Shown piece by piece: positions 55,649 through 64,000 of a stretch of 64,000 bases of DNA. Where the stretch lies: contig NW_020845457.1 in assembly GCF_003704095.1 (NCBI RefSeq), positions 1-64,000 on the forward strand, read 5' to 3'. Under the pieces are notes generated by a model, which saw nothing but the letters and a program-made list of their open reading frames with translations, did no database searches and was not told the DNA's origin. The stretch is from Pocillopora damicornis. Taxonomy: Eukaryota. Positions within the stretch are counted from its first letter, which is position 1, and the number at the start of each line of letters is the position of its first letter. The position numbers and the translations under genes are program-made.

Positions 55649-58436
55649 TCATTTTCCGCCAAAATATTCTTCTAATAACTCCTCTGCAGGTATAAAAGCG
55701 AGGTTGCTATAGTGCACGATGTCGTTCTTGACGGGTCCATGGGCTCCGTGAGTTCCAGTCCCTTGCGGATAAGAATCTGTTATGGGGAAGACGTCAAGTA
55801 CGAGAAACCCAGCTCTGCACATCTGCGTAGTAGCATAAGAGTTGTACAGCAAAATTCGCTATAAGGGCAATACAAATTGATAAGTATCAATCAGTTGGAC
55901 AAAAATAGAAATCAGTAACAAAATAATGTCGATGATGACAGCAATGAAGATGAAAATAATTAGTAGCAATCAAAACTATGGCAAAAAGGAGACCCAAACT
56001 AACAACTCTAATGAATGCAAGCGAATTTCCTAGTTCTCCTTCTTGGAATAGGATTATATTTCCTACGAGGCGTCCATTTGATTTCAGTCATGAAATAAAG
56101 ATCGAAAAAACACGAGAGAGGAAAATGGATTGCAAAAGAGAAAATACACATGGCGTAACCATGGTTTCGCAAACAGCTCGCAGTCACTTGCCTGTTGTGT
56201 AATAAACCTCTTATGTCCAAGATGAATGTTGCTTGCTTTTTCTTTGTTTATTGCTGTGGTTGTTTTCCATATAACTGTTCCTCGATAACTCCTCCACGTC
56301 CCATTCGTTGTCACATCATTTTTCAACACTCTCACTAAGCCAGCAATGAGTTTTTTGTAGCTCGTAAAGTTTGTGCTTTCAACAAAATGAAGTCCAAAGT
56401 TTAGTACAATGGCGCTGTTTTCGTCCATTTGAGGATCGTAGACAATGCGGCGAAAGTTTTCCAAAACTTTTTCATTGTTGTAATCTAAATTATCATATTG
56501 TCTCTTAGCAGCTGTAACATTATGGACAGGATAAATCCAATTATAACTGAAATTGCATCGTTTGAAAATGTTTCTACATATCCTTCTCTGTACCAGTGAC
56601 TGGGCAAAGAAAACGTTGACAGAATCACCATAAACCCACAAAGTTCCCCTTTTTCTGCCAATGGGTCGCGTGTCAATAATGTCTAAAAAAAAAAAGGAGA
56701 AAAAAGTTTTTACCAACAACCTTTAACTTTCACCCCACCAAATATTGGTTCACAAAAGGTTATTGGTTACCTAATTTGTTGGTTATTGTTTCCTCTCTCC
56801 ACTGGTTTGACAAAATCACGAACGGAGCATCTAATGGAAAGCTACAATTAATTCGTACTTATGAGTACCTTTGAAATGTGGCTTCCATATATTGCGCACC
56901 CATCGTCCATATCCGTCCCACAGAAAGTTGCATTTGACTTGACAACCTTTACTCCTTATTCTATCCATGGTTTCCTTTGATATGCTGGACATATTTGCTT
57001 ACATAGAGAATAAAAAGTTCTTTGAATAACATAAGAAAAAAGTTCTTTGAATAACATAAGAGCATTAGAAAATCGCCTACAGATCTCAAGGGGCTTGGGT
57101 AGACTTCTTAGAATTGCAAACCAGTTCCTTAACGAAATTTGGTCAGCAAGTTGGAAAGTATTTCCATGGTACATCAGTTTGGTGCAATCAATACCATACC
57201 TCACCAAATAATTACCTTCACGAAAAGTAAGCACCTGTCCGTAATTAGGGTAATGCATTCTTGTCAAAGCTCAGTCAATTAAGTCAACACAATACTTAGG
57301 AGTCCACTACTTCCTGAATTATGATCTTATATCATTGTTACAACCAGGCTAATGTCAGGAGAGACTGGCAGTAGAATTAAGAGCTAGCGCATGCAACCTT
57401 GAACTGCTTCATTGTGTTGAAGTTTTCGAGAAAACTGAGGAGCTTACCATTCTTAGCAGGAGGAATTGGTAATTCCACAGGACTCCCACCCCATAACGGC
57501 GCTTGAAGATAGTCCTTATTTCCTTCAACCTCTGGGTGCCGCTGATATTTCCCTTGTACATTGCCTTGGAAATGAGAAAAAAAGAAAGATGTGATCGGAT
57601 CTTCAAGTGGTTGTGAAATATTTAATGCCGGACAAACCCCTACGCAGGTATGCAACACAAGCACATTTTATCGTTTCTAATTTTTTTTTCCTTAAAGCAT
57701 TAATCGAGCATGGTTTGTTGCGTCGAATGAGCAATCCAATGGTAATATGCAAAATACATGCATACTGGGAAATGAAACCCATCTTTGACTCACCAATAAT
57801 AAACCAATCCACTGGAGGGTCCTTAAATCCATTGCATGAAGTAAAATCCAAAATGACGCTTGCCTTGTAGACTCCAGCTTCCATTGCAAGGAACAGAACT
57901 TCGTATGTTCCGTTTCCGTGATCAATAACTGTCGGAGAGATAGAGGAAAGTCCCCTTATAACAACCCTCCAAGAGTCACCACCCTCGAGTTTAGGATGAC
58001 CCTCCTTTGTTTGAGACTGGATGCTAAAACGGCTGTATTGCCCGGCGGGTCTGATATCCCACAGTGAGATAAAGCTTGCATCTGGATCGGTGGCATTTTT
58101 TTCAATGTCTCTTGACGAGTTCCATGGCATTTTGTTTTTGCATGGTAAAATCATGGCCTGCCAATCCCGTCTCGCTCGTCTTTGTCGACACCAGTGTTTG
58201 GTGAAATCAGCAACTTCCTTGCTTGGGGACTCATTTACAATCGACGAGGATATACTATCTATAGCTACTATATCTCGTAACCGAATGGATGTTTTGTGAC
58301 CAGCCAAGTCCAGCTCGTTCTTCACTAAAGGTTTTGATAACCACAAAAATACGTAGATAACAATAAAGACAGCAAGAGAGATTTTGTAGAAGTCTCTGCT
58401 GGATCCTGTTGAGCGAGGAAGGACCTGGATTCGCAT
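55649..58436 (-). CDS. NXPE-like (neurexophilin/PC-esterase, SGNH-type) type II membrane protein, ~529 aa; exons 57794-58436, 57448-57564, 56869-56997, 56192-56682, 55649-55858
   Basis: N-terminal TM; filamin/Ig-like GGDSWRV...DHGNGTYEV; catalytic-type GDS (VYGDSVN), NFGLHF, VIWKTTT and DxxH (DIVHY); last intron is GC-AG. Confidence 0.82.
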
Positions 58437-59689
58437 GGATTATCTGCACCTTTCACTCTCTCAGTGTCTTAATTTTTGCGCGTTATCATTATATAGAACT
58501 TTGTGCTGAACAGAATGGACGAAATTACGTAAGAATGCACAGATTATTACGAATGATATTCCGTCACACCCGTTACCAAACATCATAGTGGAATCTGCAA
58601 ACATGAAATATTTGCAGCGAATTATACACATGCAGGTATCCAAATGGTGCCAAGTAGTGTCAATTAGTTTTTTCCTCTACTTAAACATGTGCGTGAGGTG
58701 GTTCACGGTAAATCTAGCTCTGAAGGGAACTGACTACCTAAAGTTGAGTTTTGAGTGATTACTCAGAAAATTGAGGAGTTCAGTCCCTCTGTCTACCTTC
58801 TCCAATTGCGTTTTTAAAGGAGGGTCAAGTTGAATCATTACAACGGGAGAGATATTTCTAGAACCATCAGAATCTTCTTTTCAAAAGAAGTCTCTCGAAA
58901 CTTTGCATTCCGCCGTTTAAAATCCAATTTTAAACACAACTAGTGGACCTAAAAGCTAACGAACCAAAAAAGGGAGAAGTTGAATAATTCACAAATATAT
59001 TACCCTACAAGTCTTCATACGAACCGTTTATCAATGAACGCTATTTCAAAGAAACATAAACCCATAACTCGGTGTAAAGATAAACATTCTCAAGATCACA
59101 AAGGAAAAATTATTCTCGTATAGAATTAGTACGAGAAACCAACGTTTTACTACAGATATGTAGATGATTATTATGATGTAATAAATACGTACCTAAATAT
59201 CCGCCAGCTACTTTCAAATTCCTTTCAATTAGACATTTGCCCCGGTGACTTACAAATAATTTTTCTCTCCTGTGTGATATTATCAGTAGATAACGCTTAT
59301 GACCTTCGTTTGATTTAATGATGCGGAAAAAAGCCAGGGTATAGGAACTAAACAAAGTCACAAACAAGCTCTTCTTGGTTAGAGCTTTTTTGTTTGTGCC
59401 TCACGAACACAGGTACCGGGTAGACTCACCGAGGCATGGTAAGAGTGGACCTTTTTGTGTTATAAAACCTTGCTTTTCGTAAGTATCTCTCCGTTTTGTT
59501 TTTGGTTATACTTATTTTTTTTACGAAAAGGAACAGTATGACTCCTGTAAATAAAAATTAAACGAGATAGATTGCTGAGGATGGGCTTTAATTTGGGTGA
59601 GTGAAAAAAACTGGTTGAAAACTCTCCACATTGCTGCCTCCAACAATCAAATTGCAATGCAATGCTTGGTGCCTTGTACGGGGGGCATA

Positions 59690-59894
59690 AACATGAGTGA
59701 CCAAGAGATAATTTCTCCTTACAATAGCGATACAATATCTAGTACACAAGTGATAAAGAATAAGAATAAAGGAAAATATTAATTAGGGGATTATTAGTTG
59801 ATCCAATAACAAATTCTCCGAAATAAAATCATAAGTATTGTATGGCAGACAGTAGAGATAATTACTGATGAGATCTCGGAAGCGAAAGGGTTAA
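59690..59894. mobile_element. Short TTAA-bounded MITE-like repeat (related segments at ~33168-33374 and 29461-30188)
   Basis: atttctccttacaata... core and GGG-TTAA end; family similarity judged by eye only. Confidence 0.4.
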
Positions 59895-62359
59895 AACACC
59901 TGAAAGAATTATGAGCTATGTGACGAACTTCTGTTTTGTCTCCATTACAGCAAAGTATTGCTCGTCTGTTGTTCGTCCTCAGGGTCCCAGACTACATGAG
60001 CAGGGTGGGAATGACGAATGATGCGTTCAAGCGACACATTCCTGTGTATTCATGGATCAACGAGTTTTTCCCTTGCTCAAAATAAATTCTGTTGGATAAG
60101 ATGCACGCGCTTTAGCCAGTCAGAAATCTTTATTTCAAATTTCAGGTTGAAAGAGAGCGGTAACTTTAGGTAATTGAACCTGTCAGTTCCAATTACTTTT
60201 AGCCAAAACGAATTGTTTATTTTTCTAAAATTGACAAGATATCTCCGTTTGACACCGTATAATGGACCCACCTGTAGGACCTGCCTCATAGAGAAACGGA
60301 TGACAGACCAGACCTTTTCAATTGTGAAATTTCGAAAATTAAGATACAACCTTTTAAGCTTTTAAATTGTTTCAAGTCGTTCACCTGTGACTTGGTTCTT
60401 GATGGAAGGAGAAATGGTACGTGAACTAAATGGTACAGTATAGAACTATCTTGAATGCACAGACAATCTCTAAAATCAAGCTCTTCACATAGCGGACCTG
60501 AACTTCTTCAAAACTACTAGTTAATCAATGACTGATCGTCAAAGAAAGAGTCCATTGTCTCAAGAAAATATCACAATGACAGCGTATTTCATCAAGTTGT
60601 CTGAGGAACAAGACGAGAAAGACAAAGGGAAGATTTCTTGCCATCCCGGAAGAAAATTCTTCTTTACTGTCGCCACAGTCCTTATACTCCTCGCAACATT
60701 TCGTCTTTGGCTAATTACCCATCTGGTAACCGCGCCGGGAAACTTAAAAATGTACTAGACATCTACTTCAAATGCTTCCTAGGGAAATTAGTGGGATCCG
60801 ACATGAACGTCATCTCCCAATATATATAGAGCTTCGAATGAAAGTCTCTGGCATTGCGTTATGATTTAAGACGAATGGAACAAAAAGACTTCATCTACTT
60901 TTGAATGTTTTCTTATCCAGTTTCTATCAATACTTTGAGATTCGTCCCACGCTTTTTTAAAATTAACTGCAGAAGACAACATATGCCTTCTTATCCTCTT
61001 TTTTTCTTATTAATTTTTCTCCTATTTAATTTTTTTAATTGAAAATATGATTGTCATGTCATGGTGACTTAAGGAAGCAACCGAGTCGCTTACGCTGAGG
61101 CTGCTTTTAGCAAATTTAAGGATTCGATAGAAAACCGCAGTAACATAGTGTCAAAGACAAAACTGGCATCTAGCAATTTAACTTTTTTAAGTGTTGGAAA
61201 ATAAATGGAAATAATATGTTTTCATAAGCCATTTAGCAAAAATATAGTAAGCTAGTTGATCAGTTCTTACTTCCTTGGCGGTTTTGCTTTACAAGCAGAG
61301 CTGAAGAGCTTCGAAGCAAGGATATCAGTTATTTTCTGACATGCGACTTACAATTATCTCAATACAAGACCAGAAGTTGTCTTATCCGGTTCAGTGGGGA
61401 GATTGAATACAAAAGTACAGTTCTCTCTGAAAGTGACAACTTTATATTGCTTTCATGGACACAAAGTCACCGCTAATAAGTGACAATACTTATTTTTTAG
61501 TTGGTTTTCCAACCATGGGTACACCCTTACAGCGAGATGAAGAAAGTCTATTTTTGAACCACCCGAGGGGAAGACCTAAATATCGTCGGTAGTTATTTAA
61601 AATTGATCCCAAAGAGATCAAACCCGTAAGCGCTTCAAGAAAGACCATGTAGGCTAGAAACTGTACGTGCTCCAACCAAGGAAGGCTAAATCATCCGGCT
61701 AATAAATAAACATAGACGCGACAGCTGTGTAATTCTCACACTAACGACGATCTCAATTAAAATTAAATTAAATTCGTGCAAAGAAACTGGCTAACGAAGG
61801 ACATGAAGTGTTCAAGCCGGTCAGGTTTGATGTCACTACTCTAGAAATATTGCTTCTGAGTTCTTTCAGTTCAGGAAATCCACATTTGGCTTCATTACAC
61901 CAGGCGTGGCTCCGGCCAAGTCGACATCTCATGTCATACATACAAACATATATTATTTTACATGCAATGTAATCGATATGTGTACACTACCCCAAAGCTG
62001 TAATGATTGCCAAAAAGGTTTGCGGCAAGAGCTCATGAATTCTGAATCAGTTATGAGAGTGTACACAATTTACGATTATGTTTCTGATTCAGAAATACGA
62101 ACATCGACAGTCTTCTACAACAAATTTGATGTAATAATGAGTTTGACGTAAATCCTCATCAATCGATATATAACACGATCCATTTCTCATTGGATGAAGC
62201 GTCAAGATAAACCCGGTTGATTGTCTTAGTGGACGACAGAGACAGCATAAGTATAGTCTTCTCCAACACAAAGTTCCAGATAAACAAGAGTTAACGAAGA
62301 GCATTATAATTTCTGTTGGCTGAAAAAAGTTCAATCATCAAGCAAAGGAAGCTTTAAAG

Positions 62360-63343
62360 ATGGAGAACACAACTCATCTGGACGAAAAGGCATCGAACAA
62401 CACATCATTTCGTTCCATGAATGAAGTTTTCATCTTCATGTCTCTTTATGTCGTGCTCTCTTTGATGACCATCACTGGAAACACTTTTGTTATTGTCGCC
62501 TTCAAGAAGATTCGAATTCGAGCTGCCATAAATATGTTCTTTGTCAGCCTGGCTGTGTCAGATTTGATGGTTGGGGCAGTTTCAATTCCACTGTGGATCT
62601 ACCATCTGTCCTGTCCCTCTTTCAAAAGATGCCGTCTACCAAGTGCCACTGTAGGAGCCTTTTTTCAAGCATTCGACGTGTTTAGCGCGATGGCTTCCAC
62701 ATCAAACCTCATAGCCATAAGTATCGAGCGATACTTTGCTATCTGTTGGCCCGTTAAGCACCGAGTGAGCTCCCACAAGCGTTACTACAAAATGCTGTTC
62801 ACCACTTGGATCTACTCCGTGCTAGTCACAAGCATTTACTCAGTCGATTTCAGCCCAACATGGCAAAAATATCGTGGCTTACTGGTATTTGTGGCAGGCT
62901 TCGCTGTCCCTCTCATTGTCCTCATTGGCATGTACAGTAGTATCCACTGGGGTGTCAAGAACATGAATGCAAACTGGAAACGAGCAAACGCCGAGACATC
63001 GGTCCTTTCTAAAAGGCTTCAACAAGAAAGGCGAACAGTCACGACGATGGTCATCGTGACTGCGTTGTTCTTAGCCTCCTGGCTTCCCTTTTTTGTGGTA
63101 TCCCTGCTTTGGATTTTTCAACGTTCGAGTCTTCTTGGCGGTGGAGGAGGAAAAGGATTCATGCGGCTTATGGACTTCATAAAATGGATGCATTACAGCA
63201 ACAGTGCAGTGAACCCGCTTGTGTACGCCTATCGTAGCGAGGAGATGAGAAGAATTTTGGTAAAATTGCCTGAAAGGGCTCTTGGAATGGAGCTTGAGAG
63301 GCGTCGGGCAATTCGACCAGAAAATAGGAACAAGTGGCTTTAA
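62360..63343 (+). CDS. Single-exon class A GPCR (aminergic/adenosine-like orphan)
   Basis: GNTFVI, SLAVSD, ERY, SWLPF, NSAVNPLVY. Confidence 0.93.
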   Translation: MENTTHLDEKASNNTSFRSMNEVFIFMSLYVVLSLMTITGNTFVIVAFKKIRIRAAINMFFVSLAVSDLMVGAVSIPLWIYHLSCPSFKRCRLPSATVGAFFQAFDVFSAMASTSNLIAISIERYFAICWPVKHRVSSHKRYYKMLFTTWIYSVLVTSIYSVDFSPTWQKYRGLLVFVAGFAVPLIVLIGMYSSIHWGVKNMNANWKRANAETSVLSKRLQQERRTVTTMVIVTALFLASWLPFFVVSLLWIFQRSSLLGGGGGKGFMRLMDFIKWMHYSNSAVNPLVYAYRSEEMRRILVKLPERALGMELERRRAIRPENRNKWL

Positions 63344-64000
63344 AAAACTTGGCTGTTTTTCGACCAAAGTTAAGTGAACTTTGTGCCTTGTGTACTTTTT
63401 TCCTTAAAAATATAGTCCACAGGTTGGAAATAGAGAACATTAATAATCATGCGAACTGGTGCGCACAAACAGCTTGCACGGATATCAGGGGTACATAAGT
63501 CAAGAAGACGATGGTGGAAATTTTGGTAACTTATGAAACTTCTCCTCTTTTCAGCGCTTGACTCTCGATCAGTTCTATCTCTTTGCTACTTTGGTAGGGT
63601 TTTCTTGTTCTAATTTTTCGCTTTTAAAAGCAGCATACACTTTTTTTTTCGGCCAGGGTGAACAAATAGATGTTACAACGATTAACCCCCAAAAAACCTA
63701 AACTCAAATTGTGAGAAGCTATATTGCTGTTGGGTGCGTTTAGAAATCTTAAAATAACGTCGACAATTTTTTTCCCCAATTAGTAAAGTTGCAAAACACC
63801 CAACTGGCTACGGCTCGATAGGAATACCTGGAATTAGTACTAGCTTTCTATTTCGTGTAACGGACATAGTTGACGTAAAGAAAAAAGAATAAAAGCAGGG
63901 AACAAAGCTTATCCTTGTGTGCTGATGATGATTTAATCAATGGAAAGACAGGTGGTAAATTATCCGGTATCAGAACTTTCTCTCTACTATTGACATCCTT

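Noticed and set aside
57012-57061. Short two-copy tandem repeat (aaaaagttctttgaataacataag)
   Set aside because: Simple intronic slippage duplication with no spacers; not CRISPR-like
59865-59894. CUGAUGA...GAAA spacing
   Set aside because: Stem II does not pair; it is the end of a MITE-like repeat
35723-63343. Carotenoid oxygenases next to Lys-bearing GPCRs as a retinal/opsin module
   Set aside because: The opsin Schiff-base Lys is at 7.43, which is Tyr here, and adjacency in an animal genome is weak evidence

Overview
Eukaryotic (metazoan) genomic DNA with GT-AG introns, AT-rich, and many N gaps in the first ~9 kb. Gene content suggests a scleractinian coral; this is inferred from family resemblance, not searched. 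1-24.5 kb holds a mostly minus-strand tandem array of secreted signal peptide + PAN/Apple + EGF(n) + USOMP-5-like (fibrinogen-like N-subdomain) genes: three intact copies, one in-frame deleted mini-copy, one disrupted orphan exon, gap-truncated copies, and an inverted duplication of EGF exons at 1-3.9 kb. An intron of one copy carries a ~243-bp retrozyme-like element with a type I hammerhead ribozyme (G12A core variant), and two Crypton-like non-autonomous elements lie nearby. Downstream are spastin (17 exons), two tandem carotenoid oxygenases, a type II membrane collagen-Ig3-FReD-like gene, three single-exon class A GPCRs with an unusual D3.32/K7.39 pocket, and an NXPE-like SGNH/PC-esterase with a GC-AG intron. 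All exon models were built by eye from splice signals and frame continuity; no database searches were run.
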